A stretch of DNA of 32,041 bases from a virus (taxonomy: Duplodnaviria; Caudoviricetes): IMG/VR virus record IMGVR_UViG_3300025608_000060, positions 1-32,041 of that record, one strand, 5' to 3'. Positions within the stretch are counted from its first letter, which is position 1. The number at the start of each line of letters is the position of its first letter. Made by a program: the position numbers and the translations under genes. The notes under the pieces were generated by a model. That model was not told the DNA's origin. It searched no databases and was given only the letters and a program-made list of their open reading frames with translations. This document shows, piece after piece, positions 1-9,164 of the stretch.

Positions 1-3000
1 AAGATGCAAATCCATTTCTATTTCTCATTACAGTACTATACCTAAATTTATAAGTTTGTGGAGTTAGGTCTACTTCAAAGCTATGATTTGCACTAATACT
101 TGAATATGAAAATGAGTTTGCAGCTGAACTATACCCACTCTGATATTGCCACCCAGTGTTGGTTACAGATCCATATGGATTTGGGTGTGTATAATAGTTA
201 CCCAAACTATATCCACTCCTTGCGTAAGCATAAGAAATTTGTTCTCTGTGTATAACAGTTCCACCCGCATCTACAATCTCTAAATAAAAATATTGATATG
301 CATATCTAGGTGAAATTCCACTTGAGTAATATCCATCAAATGAGGATGGTGATGGTGCACCAGAACCTACATTTATATATCCATTTGGACTTCCAGTACT
401 AGTTGATACATTTGAAAGTCCGGATGTAGTAAGATTTGGTATTGGTATCGAAGTATAATCAAATAATCCACTAATTGAATACTCCCCCGCATCTTGAACC
501 GTTACCGAAACTTCATTACCGAATTGATATGTACCCGTTATTGTACTGAACCCAGCACTTGTTAATGATGGGCCTGATGGTGCAGCTATACTTGTAGTAT
601 TAAGACCGGAAACATTTAGATTACCACCAGCAATGTTAGAAAGTGTGTCATCCGCATTAATTTTTGCCTTTAGTTCATTTGATTGATTAAATAATTGAAT
701 TTTCTTATCCGTTGGATTTAGTACTATCCTATTATCAACATCTCGTAAAAACCCACCATTAGCTATATCATCAATTACCCAATTACCAATTTTACCAGAT
801 TCTATATTAAATGAACCAGATATGTTTGCATCTTGTGCAGACATGTTACCTTCGGAATCTACTGAGAATAGTGGGTTTGTTGCATTGGGAACACTAATTG
901 TACCTCCAATTAAAGTCATACCATTTAATGTACCCGCACTAATTGTTCCACTATAATTAAATAAATTACCATCAAAAGTTAGTGCACCACCAGAACCAGA
1001 AATAGAAAGTTTTTCGGAACCACTATCAAATCCAAAGAACATACCAGGATTACCATATCCTTCTGTCCCATTTTGTCCAATAGATAAAAATGGGTTTTGA
1101 TTTGAATTAGATGTATCTGCGTTTAATTGAATAACTGCACTTGAACCATTTGAACCAATATTTATAGTTCTATCAGCATAAACATCTTGTGCAAAAAGAA
1201 TATCAGTTGCCACAGAAGTAAACTCTGCTCCGAAGGATTCCCACCCAGCTGTCCAAGTTCCAGGTTCAATTGATGAACCAACCGATGGCCATTCAGGGTC
1301 ACCCGGAAAGAAATCCCCCGCAAGAATATCTTGCCCAGCACGATAGTAAGTACCACTTTCCAATACTACATCACCTTCAAGGTAATCTTCACTACCATCC
1401 CAAGCACCCGCATATCTATGTGTTGTTGCACATATATAATAACTATTATTATACTTAGTCACATACTTTAAATTATCTTCAGCCAAATATACCACCTTAT
1501 CACTTATAGTTGGTGTTGTACCATCGGATAGTGTTAGTTTCCATTCACCAGCATATACTACACCACCATCTTCACCATCCGTACCATCTTTTACTTTAGT
1601 TAAAGTTTGTGTTGTGGTTGATGTAAATGATGCCCCACCACTTCTCAGACCGGTTATGGTATACGTTACAATAACCGAATCTTGTGCATTATCCATTGAA
1701 GTAAAATCAGCAACTTCAGCTGGTTCTTCTCCTGCTTCTTCTACATCGATAGATGGTGTATTCATAACACCTGATGGGCTTTGTGTAGCTGATATTGTAA
1801 ATTCACCATCACTTGGTGTTCCGTTTGTGTAGTATAGTTCGAGTACACCTTCAAATACTCGTATCACCGTACCACTATCAGTATATGATGAAACCACACC
1901 AGCAGATGAAGCTGGAAGTGTGTGTGCTTGGTTTGTATTAATTACAGTTATTGCATCAACACCATCCACACCATCAGATACAATATAGAATGTTTCATTT
2001 ATTGTGTTTGTCTGTCCAGTTGCAGGGTCAGTAAATATTGCGGTTAATACAGTATCTTTTGTAGGTACCGATGCTCCACCTAATGTAATGGTTCCACCAT
2101 CACCATCACCAGCTGTAATCGTAATATTTGTAGTATCACCAACACCAGTTGATACAGCCATTCTATCCACACCAACACTAAACGATGGAGTAATAGTAAC
2201 ACTTTGAGTGTATTCAGTTCCAGATGTATCGTAGAATGATGCGGTTGCGGATAAGTAACTTGGACTAAATGTGTTCGGAGTAACTGATGTATTTCTATTT
2301 GTTTTTAAGTTAGGTGCTATAAATGAACCACCACCTAAACCATCGGTTACATCCAATAGTGTTATAGAATCTAATACCGTACCACCATTATCTTTTAGTA
2401 AAAGTGTTTTAGTTCCAGTAATAAAATCCGATGTAATGTTTGGATTATAAACTACCCCATTACCAGCATCACTAACACCACTTTGTACGGCTAATAAAGT
2501 TCCACCATCATAAATTTGTGCATCAGTACCAGATGTTATATCAGTTATTCCACTAATATCTGCTTTTTGAACTTGTAGTGTAATAGTACCACTACTATTT
2601 TTTATTTGAGTACCACCAGCGATTGGAGTAATGAAATAATTTGGTACAGTATCGGAACCTGGTTTAACCCCAAATATGTTAATCACATCACTAACTACTT
2701 CAACTTGGTCAGCATCAGAAACACCTAATCTAAATTGTAGAGGCATATCAGATATAGTTGCTGAACTTAAATCTATACTACTTGATAAATGATTTTCAAC
2801 ATCATTACCATCGTAAAAGGAAACATCATTATTATGGAATGTACCACCGCCTGTAAATTTAAAGAAAGGATTTACAAAGTTTGATGATGATGCAATTAAG
2901 TTGATACTACTTGGAGATGGATTATTTCCATCTTGGTCAAACTCAATAACAAAAGTAGATGCTGCTAATGTTGCCGTTTTACCAACACCAGACGATGCAT

Positions 3001-6000
3001 CCCATACATCTCCAATGTTTGGTTCCCCAAAAACTCCATCACCCTGAGATGCTGTATGTGGTGCACTTGCTCTAAAACTTTGATTTAGATATAAAACCGA
3101 ATCATCAGTATTATAATATGCACCATCTGTCCAATCACCTCTTAATTGTGGTTCTATTGAACCTGCTGCAGTTTGTCTAATTGCACCTCTGATTAAAAGT
3201 GTTTGACCATCCCACTTTAATGAATTATATGATGGTTCCGTTGGGTCACCTGATAATGATAATAGACCTGATGTACCTGCGGTTCCAGTTGGTCCTCCAT
3301 TGTTGGTTACACCAATATATGCACCCTGTTGTCCATATCCTTGAATACTCTGCCCTATCGATATATAAGGTTCATCGGTTCCACCAACAATCGCAATTTG
3401 GGGATTGGTATCATAATCGCTTGTTGGTTCACCTACATTAATTGTATTTTTTACAAACGATTCATCAAATATTGCAATCTTAGCTGCAACGAATAGTTCT
3501 TGCTGACCCAAATACTCCCAACCATTAGTATCAATAGTTCCCTCAACATAAGTACCATCAGGATTTGTTTGTGATGGTAGTTGTGGTTCTGGTGTGTATT
3601 CATCATCACCATCGGTGTATTCTGAACCAGATGGTATTAATTGTGTTGTTGCCCAATAATGAGTTGTCCCATCAACGTTCCTAAGTACAGCATCTCTCCT
3701 TTGGTTACCTTGGTCAAATATGTATGCAATACTACCGGTCCACTCACCCCTCATTACAATACCAGGCCCAGTTGCTCCTTCAAAAACAGCTGAGAATGAT
3801 TGTTGTACAAATTGCTCACCTCTACCATTCTCAAAGTCAAGTTTATATACAATGAATCCCTGTGTATTTGATTGAGGTTCGGTCCAATCCGATATACCAG
3901 ACGAACTAGCATATAATTCACCAGAAGTTTCCAACAACCTACCATCATTATGTGTTAGGAATGGTGATATATCATGTATAGATGCTGAAAATTGTCCAAA
4001 TGTACCGATTGGTAAGAATGTAATTGGGTCTAATGCCGCTTCATCATATTCCTCAACATATTGTAATTCAGTCCCACCCTTATATGCTCGTATTAATGTA
4101 CTTGTGTTTTCAACAAATGTTGTACCATCAACTTCAACAGTTATAGAAGATGCTGGATTTGTTACTACTGCCGAATATGCAGTTGAACCCTCCGATATAC
4201 CAGATATAGTTACAGTATCGGTATCAACCACCACTCCATTAGGATTACCATCTCGTAATTCAACTGTAAATGTTTTTGCTGAACCAGTAGATGGTAAATC
4301 ACCAATAGTAGTTGTGCTATCTGTCGATGATGCTTGTATTGTGGAACCATCATCATTTAAGAATTTAAAAAAAGCAGAACCAGTTACATTTATAGCAATT
4401 GCAGATAAATCAACATCACCTACCGGTGCAACTTTAAGCCCATCACCATCATAAATAACAGTATCACTACTAGCTATTAAACTAACCTTTCTTGCAGCAG
4501 TTCCATCACTTACTTTTGAAAATGTTTGAGTTGCTGAAACTATTCTAGGAACACCACCTACACCAGCAGTCAATGAATAAGGATAAACCTTAAATTTATA
4601 TGTAATACTACCAGATGGTTGATTATTTGCCAATCCCCCAAATCCTTTAAAATGTAATATTTCTCCATCAGATGAAGATACACTACCAGATGCAATTAAA
4701 TCCCTAAATGAAGATGAAACTTCTGAAAATTGTATATTTCGTTGTGTTATAGATTGCGTTACAAATGTACCAGGTCTACCACCATCAAATTCATCATAGA
4801 AGAAGAACTCATCATTTTGTTTTATAAATACTTCAGTTGTTGCACTTGAATAATTGGAAACATATCCAATCTCATCAGCATTTAATGCAACTGCCATTGG
4901 TTCTATTGTAACTTCAATAGGCCCACCACCATCAACTACCTTAGTGAACTTTTGAGTTCTACTTGCAGTTACCAATGATGATGTAAAGTATGGGTAGATA
5001 TCAAAATCATATCTAACACTAGCACTTAGTGCTGACATTGTTTCGAATCCAGCCAAACTCATTGTTGTGGTTGAATCACCAACCAATGTCCCATACTCAA
5101 TATTAGTTGTAACTATTGAACGGGTGGTAAACGTACCAGGATCGCCACTTGCAGTATTTATTAAGAATAAATCACCTTGTGTTAATTGTATATCAGTATT
5201 TGCTAATGCGTAATTATAAACCTCACCTTTGTGATTTGAACCCAATGAAACTGGTTGAGGGTCTATATCAATTACAATTGAATCTTGCCCAGGTAAACCA
5301 TCAGGTGTAATGAAGAATGATTTATTTGCAGTTACGGATGCTGATGTAATTGGCTCAGTATATGTAAACTCTAAGTTTAATTGCTTTGTATCAATTGCCG
5401 AATAATATGGAATACCATTTCCAGGTACACCATTATCAATTACATTTCCAGCAAAATCAGTTACCGATAATGTAATTGTACTATCAAATGCCCCAGTTTC
5501 ATAGAACATATAATAATGTGGTAATTCGGTTTTAGGTTCCTTTGAAGAAGATGGTATAATCAACAAACTAGCCGATAAGGGATTTAATGTTGTACCTCTT
5601 CGTTGGAACGATGCAGTTACTATTGATTGTAATGGGTTGAAATCATTAATTTCTCTGGGTTTGTACTTTATATTAAATTGTTCAGTTGTTGAAGTAACAA
5701 TACCATTATTCAAACCATCTTTCAAATCGGTTAGGATTTGTGATGTTAAAATTGATTCAGATGTAGGTCCATCCATAAGATAAACCGTCAACTCATTATC
5801 AATAGAATCTCTTGTAAAAATTGCGTTGTAATCAATCTCACCACTACCAGTTGTACCAGCACTTACACCTTCTATAAAGTTAGGGTCAGTAATCGCTTGG
5901 GAAAGTGAAACATAAGTTTGGGTACCATCTAATGATGATGATAATAAATGTAGTTTAGCATCAGAGAAACCTCTAGCCAATCCACTTTGTAAATCAATAC

Positions 6001-8086
6001 GATTGATACCATCAACCCTTACCGCTTGTATCTCTAATGTCTTATCTTCTTTGTTTTTAATTTGAGTACCTCTGAATGGTACTATCTCAAAACTTACACC
6101 ACCCTTACCATCTTCAACTCTGGTAATAACAAATGTATCGGTTACACCCTCAACTTCAGCATTATATCTTATAAATTGAACGGATATATCATCTCTAGAA
6201 CCAGTAAAATCTTGCACTCTTAGGAATGGCTGTCTACCCCCATCAACATCCCAATTAGTTAAGTAACCAGGATAGATACCACCAGCATATTCAGATTGTG
6301 ATATTTCATTTCCGAAGAAATCATATGCACCAGATGTATAGGTAATTGAACCTGTAACCAAATTAGTTTCCACATCAAAGTTGATTACAAATGGTGGAAC
6401 TGCGTTTGCAGGATTTGATGCTGAATCGAATGAGAAGTATAAATTGTCTGGTGTTATATCCAAACTCTTATTAAACAAGTTTGTATTACCACCAGTAAAT
6501 GTTTTCGTTTCCTCTACTCTAACTGGTATGTAGTTATTATTGATATCATAAAACTCAAAACGATAATCAAATGTTTCAGATACTAATGTTTTTGGAACTT
6601 GTTGAATAAAGGTAATCTCATCAGGTGAAAATGAAGTTTCTTGTGATGCCTTTAAACTTACATTATTTACATACCAATCACTACCACTTACTTCAAAATA
6701 TAATTTAGCATTATCAAAATCATTTGCAACTATATTTTCACTAAAGTTTGTTTTCTGAAGTATTGTTGTTGATGCTGGTATATTTATTATTTGTTGTTCT
6801 ACACCTTTATCATTATTAGAACCACTTAAAAATACCTTTAAATATGCATTAGGGTCAGTTGTTTCCTTCCTAACATTAAAATCCAAAGAATACTCAACAC
6901 CACTTCCAATAGAAAAGCTTTCCGATGTAAAAAAGTAATTTGTTGGAGTGGAATCTAAATTAACTGAATTATATAAAAAGTCTTGATTAAATGAAATATT
7001 AAAATCATTTGATGATGTAATCCAATATGAATCTAAAATATCTTCAGTAAAGATACCATAATTCTCTTCCTTTTTATCAAAAGTAGTAATATCTTTTAAT
7101 AATTCATTTGATTCCAACTGAATTTCTTGTACGAATTCAAAATCAGTTAAATTTGATTGAGACCGTCTAAATACCTTTACCCTTGCAGCATCACCTACAA
7201 AAGTTTTCATATCAGTAATACTAATTTTAGCAAATGAACCAGTTAAAGCAGTTGCTAAATCAGTTACACCTTCGATATATGGGAATGTTACTGAGTATTC
7301 TTCATTATTAAATGATTTAGCTAAATCATTTTCAGTATAGGGTGGTGATACTATTAATTCAGTTCCATTAACCACATCATCAACAATTGGAGTATAGTTT
7401 AGGTTGGTAAAATTAATAGGTTGTCCTACTATGGAACCAGTCCATTTATCACCACTATCTATATTCAATCTATATGATGTTGGTAAAGAAAAATTAGATA
7501 GGTTTTGGTTTTCAGATGGAGCTAATGGTATACCACTCACTGAACCAGTCTGAGTGACTGTTGGTGGATTCCCACTAAATATAGGTTTTACAAATTCATC
7601 AATAGATACATCAGGCCTACGATAAAATCTAACCTTATCCTCATTTGCAAGTAGTTTATTTATCTGAAATGTTCGTTCCCACTTAACATTATAAGCTCCC
7701 TTCCATTCATCTGGAATTGTTCGCTTTACACCATTTTCATCATACTCTTTAAGTTCACCTAAAATGGTAATTTTACCTAAACCAATTGGAGTATCGTTAT
7801 ATACATAAACAGCTACTAATTTAGATATACCCTCATAGTATTCTGGTATACCATTACCTGGTTCGTAATATACAGTATTACCTTCTACATCTAAAATTTC
7901 AATCTTAATCTCAGTTGATTCCTTTAGATATTCCGAACCCTCTATGAGGAATCCGTTTTTACCACCAGTAAATGTATCTTTAAATTCGGTTATTCTAAAA
8001 TAATCTGAATTGGGATTATCATCTACTAAAAATGTCTGAAATGATGATAACTTTTGTTCGGGTGAGTACTTCTTAATTCTTGCCAT
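1..8086 (-). CDS. Giant tail fibre / receptor-binding adhesin-like virion protein, >2695 aa, truncated by the window edge (not in ORF track)
   Basis: ATG at 8086 reads MARIKKYSPEQKLSSFQTFLVDDNPNSDYFRITEFKDTFTGGKNGFLIEGS. The same frame is open in every segment I translated (about 6060, 3300-3540, 2600, 1020-1260, 2-150). The track lists no stop-terminated ORF from this start, consistent with no in-frame stop. Ser/Thr/Gly-rich beta-type repeats with DG linkers; ATATTTATA motif about 30 nt upstream. Confidence 0.85.
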   Translation of the reverse strand, partial: MARIKKYSPEQKLSSFQTFLVDDNPNSDYFRITEFKDTFTGGKNGFLIEGSEYLKESTEIKIEILDVEGNTVYYEPGNGIPEYYEGISKLVAVYVYNDTPIGLGKITILGELKEYDENGVKRTIPDEWKGAYNVKWERTFQINKLLANEDKVRFYRRPDVSIDEFVKPIFSGNPPTVTQTGSVSGIPLAPSENQNLSNFSLPTSYRLNIDSGDKWTGSIVGQPINFTNLNYTPIVDDVVNGTELIVSPPYTENDLAKSFNNEEYSVTFPYIEGVTDLATALTGSFAKISITDMKTFVGDAARVKVFRRSQSNLTDFEFVQEIQLESNELLKDITTFDKKEENYGIFTEDILDSYWITSSNDFNISFNQDFLYNSVNLDSTPTNYFFTSESFSIGSGVEYSLDFNVRKETTDPNAYLKVFLSGSNNDKGVEQQIINIPASTTILQKTNFSENIVANDFDNAKLYFEVSGSDWYVNNVSLKASQETSFSPDEITFIQQVPKTLVSETFDYRFEFYDINNNYIPVRVEETKTFTGGNTNLFNKSLDITPDNLYFSFDSASNPANAVPPFVINFDVETNLVTGSITYTSGAYDFFGNEISQSEYAGGIYPGYLTNWDVDGGRQPFLRVQDFTGSRDDISVQFIRYNAEVEGVTDTFVITRVEDGKGGVSFEIVPFRGTQIKNKEDKTLEIQAVRVDGINRIDLQSGLARGFSDAKLHLLSSSLDGTQTYVSLSQAITDPNFIEGVSAGTTGSGEIDYNAIFTRDSIDNELTVYLMDGPTSESILTSQILTDLKDGLNNGIVTSTTEQFNIKYKPREINDFNPLQSIVTASFQRRGTTLNPLSASLLIIPSSSKEPKTELPHYYMFYETGAFDSTITLSVTDFAGNVIDNGVPGNGIPYYSAIDTKQLNLEFTYTEPITSASVTANKSFFITPDGLPGQDSIVIDIDPQPVSLGSNHKGEVYNYALANTDIQLTQGDLFLINTASGDPGTFTTRSIVTTNIEYGTLVGDSTTTMSLAGFETMSALSASVRYDFDIYPYFTSSLVTASRTQKFTKVVDGGGPIEVTIEPMAVALNADEIGYVSNYSSATTEVFIKQNDEFFFYDEFDGGRPGTFVTQSITQRNIQFSEVSSSFRDLIASGSVSSSDGEILHFKGFGGLANNQPSGSITYKFKVYPYSLTAGVGGVPRIVSATQTFSKVSDGTAARKVSLIASSDTVIYDGDGLKVAPVGDVDLSAIAINVTGSAFFKFLNDDGSTIQASSTDSTTTIGDLPSTGSAKTFTVELRDGNPNGVVVDTDTVTISGISEGSTAYSAVVTNPASSITVEVDGTTFVENTSTLIRAYKGGTELQYVEEYDEAALDPITFLPIGTFGQFSASIHDISPFLTHNDGRLLETSGELYASSSGISDWTEPQSNTQGFIVYKLDFENGRGEQFVQQSFSAVFEGATGPGIVMRGEWTGSIAYIFDQGNQRRDAVLRNVDGTTHYWATTQLIPSGSEYTDGDDEYTPEPQLPSQTNPDGTYVEGTIDTNGWEYLGQQELFVAAKIAIFDESFVKNTINVGEPTSDYDTNPQIAIVGGTDEPYISIGQSIQGYGQQGAYIGVTNNGGPTGTAGTSGLLSLSGDPTEPSYNSLKWDGQTLLIRGAIRQTAAGSIEPQLRGDWTDGAYYNTDDSVLYLNQSFRASAPHTASQGDGVFGEPNIGDVWDASSGVGKTATLAASTFVIEFDQDGNNPSPSSINLIASSSNFVNPFFKFTGGGTFHNNDVSFYDGNDVENHLSSSIDLSSATISDMPLQFRLGVSDADQVEVVSDVINIFGVKPGSDTVPNYFITPIAGGTQIKNSSGTITLQVQKADISGITDITSGTDAQIYDGGTLLAVQSGVSDAGNGVVYNPNITSDFITGTKTLLLKDNGGTVLDSITLLDVTDGLGGGSFIAPNLKTNRNTSVTPNTFSPSYLSATASFYDTSGTEYTQSVTITPSFSVGVDRMAVSTGVGDTTNITITAGDGDGGTITLGGASVPTKDTVLTAIFTDPATGQTNTINETFYIVSDGVDGVDAITVINTNQAHTLPASSAGVVSSYTDSGTVIRVFEGVLELYYTNGTPSDGEFTISATQSPSGVMNTPSIDVEEAGEEPAEVADFTSMDNAQDSVIVTYTITGLRSGGASFTSTTTQTLTKVKDGTDGEDGGVVYAGEWKLTLSDGTTPTISDKVVYLAEDNLKYVTKYNNSYYICATTHRYAGAWDGSEDYLEGDVVLESGTYYRAGQDILAGDFFPGDPEWPSVGSSIEPGTWTAGWESFGAEFTSVATDILFAQDVYADRTINIGSNGSSAVIQLNADTSNSNQNPFLSIGQNGTEGYGNPGMFFGFDSGSEKLSISGSGGALTFDGNLFNYSGTISAGTLNGMTLIGGTISVPNATNPLFSVDSEGNMSAQDANISGSFNIESGKIGNWVIDDIANGGFLRDVDNRIVLNPTDKKIQLFNQSNELKAKINADDTLSNIAGGNLNVSGLNTTSIAAPSGPSLTSAGFSTITGTYQFGNEVSVTVQDAGEYSISGLFDYTSIPIPNLTTSGLSNVSTSTGSPNGYINVGSGAPSPSSFDGYYSSGISPRYAYQYFYLEIVDAGGTVIHREQISYAYARSGYSLGNYYTHPNPYGSVTNTGWQYQSGYSSAANSFSYSSISANHSFEVDLTPQTYKFRYSTVMRNRNGFAS

Positions 8087-8115
8087 TTACCAATTTACCT
8101 ATTAGTGTTTGTTGT

Positions 8116-8124
8116 TATAAATAT
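8116..8124 (-). promoter_or_regulatory. Putative late promoter motif ATATTTATA upstream of the giant fibre gene
   Basis: Exact nonamer (plus strand TATAAATAT), one of seven intergenic copies in the same orientation. Confidence 0.7.
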
Positions 8125-8152
8125 TCCAAAATTTATATTTAAAATAGTTATA

Positions 8153-8179
8153 CTAAAGAAAACTAAAGAGTTCTAAAGA
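8153..8179 (+). repeat. Three direct repeats CTAAAGA at 10-bp period; putative operator
   Basis: CTAAAGA at 8153-8159, 8163-8169 and 8173-8179, ending just before the ATG at 8181. Confidence 0.75.
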
Positions 8180-8180
8180 A

Positions 8181-8351
8181 ATGAGTAAAAAATATGCAAT
8201 GTTACAAATTGATGCCGAAGTTCATCAATTATTAAAGGAGTTTTGTAAGAATAGAGGATATAAAATGAATGGGTTGGTAGAATCTCTTATAAAAGAAAAG
8301 GTTTCACCAAATGTGAAACCCCTTCCTTCTAATGTTCTTAAAACTAAGTAA
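8181..8351 (+). CDS. Small ribbon-helix-helix (Arc/CopG-like) DNA-binding protein, 56 aa (not in ORF track)
   Basis: MSKKYAMLQIDAEVHQLLKEFCKNRGYKMNGLVESLIKEKVSPNVKPLPSNVLKTK*: alternating beta strand, helix, G turn, helix, typical of RHH proteins. Fills the gap between two genes and overlaps the ugd-like 3' end by 8 bp. Confidence 0.7.
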   Translation: MSKKYAMLQIDAEVHQLLKEFCKNRGYKMNGLVESLIKEKVSPNVKPLPSNVLKTK

Positions 8352-9162
8352 CTGCTCTACCTTTCATACCTTCCCAATCCCTATTTTTTCGTACTACATC
8401 ATTTTTACGATTAGTAGCCATTAACATAGTTGGATATAATCCCAACTCATCAGCTAAATGAATTAGTGCATTAACATCCTTTGGAAAACAATGTCCACCA
8501 TATCCAAAATCACCATCAGGTCCTGGTACATTCCAATGTGATTTACCTAACCTATCATCAAAGGTTGAATATTCTACTACCTTATCATAATCTATATTCA
8601 ACTTCTCACAAATCTGATACATCTCATTAGCGAATGATACTTTAGTTGCTAAGAATGTATTTGTTAAATACTTTACCATCTCAGCATGAGTTGAATCCGT
8701 TTTTACTATATGTGCTTTTGGGAATACATTTGAGAATATTCGTTTAAGGTAAGTTGTTGTTGGTCTTGGTCCTCCTAATATAATCCTATTCTGATTTTCG
8801 TAATCCTTTACCGCGTTTCGTTCGGTTAAGAACTCTGGGTTGAATACAATGTTTGTGTTGTATGTATCATTCCAACTTTGAGTAGTGCCAGGTGTAATAG
8901 TTGATTTAACAACAATCCCTTTGGTTATACCAACCTCATCAATTTGTTTGATTACATCTTCTACGATATTAGTATTACAACTACCATCAGAATTCATAGG
9001 AGTGGGTAAGCAGGTAAATACATAATCACATTTAGATACATCTTCAAATGTGGAGTTACATTTAGTTTCATCCAAATCGTAAGTCAATACATTATAATGT
9101 TCTTTAAACTTTTGATAAACTGCATTACCAACAAACCCCTGTCCTATAATTCCTATTTTCAT
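8344..9162 (-). CDS. ugd: UDP-glucose/GDP-mannose dehydrogenase family protein (short form)
   Basis: Rossmann GIIGQGFVG, CLPTP, KST, FNPEFL, AEMVKY, catalytic GYGGHCFPKD; lacks the usual C-terminal domain. Confidence 0.9.
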   Translation of the reverse strand: MKIGIIGQGFVGNAVYQKFKEHYNVLTYDLDETKCNSTFEDVSKCDYVFTCLPTPMNSDGSCNTNIVEDVIKQIDEVGITKGIVVKSTITPGTTQSWNDTYNTNIVFNPEFLTERNAVKDYENQNRIILGGPRPTTTYLKRIFSNVFPKAHIVKTDSTHAEMVKYLTNTFLATKVSFANEMYQICEKLNIDYDKVVEYSTFDDRLGKSHWNVPGPDGDFGYGGHCFPKDVNALIHLADELGLYPTMLMATNRKNDVVRKNRDWEGMKGRAVT

Positions 9163-9164
9163 TT

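Noticed and set aside
1162-4454. Short track ORFs in the left 8 kb
   Set aside because: They are antisense or off-frame shadows of the giant minus-strand ORF.
1-8086. Diversity-generating retroelement target or invertible fibre cassette
   Set aside because: No reverse transcriptase, recombinase or near-identical DNA repeat pair seen; the duplication is diverged. The fibre C-terminus is outside the window, so this cannot be excluded genome-wide.
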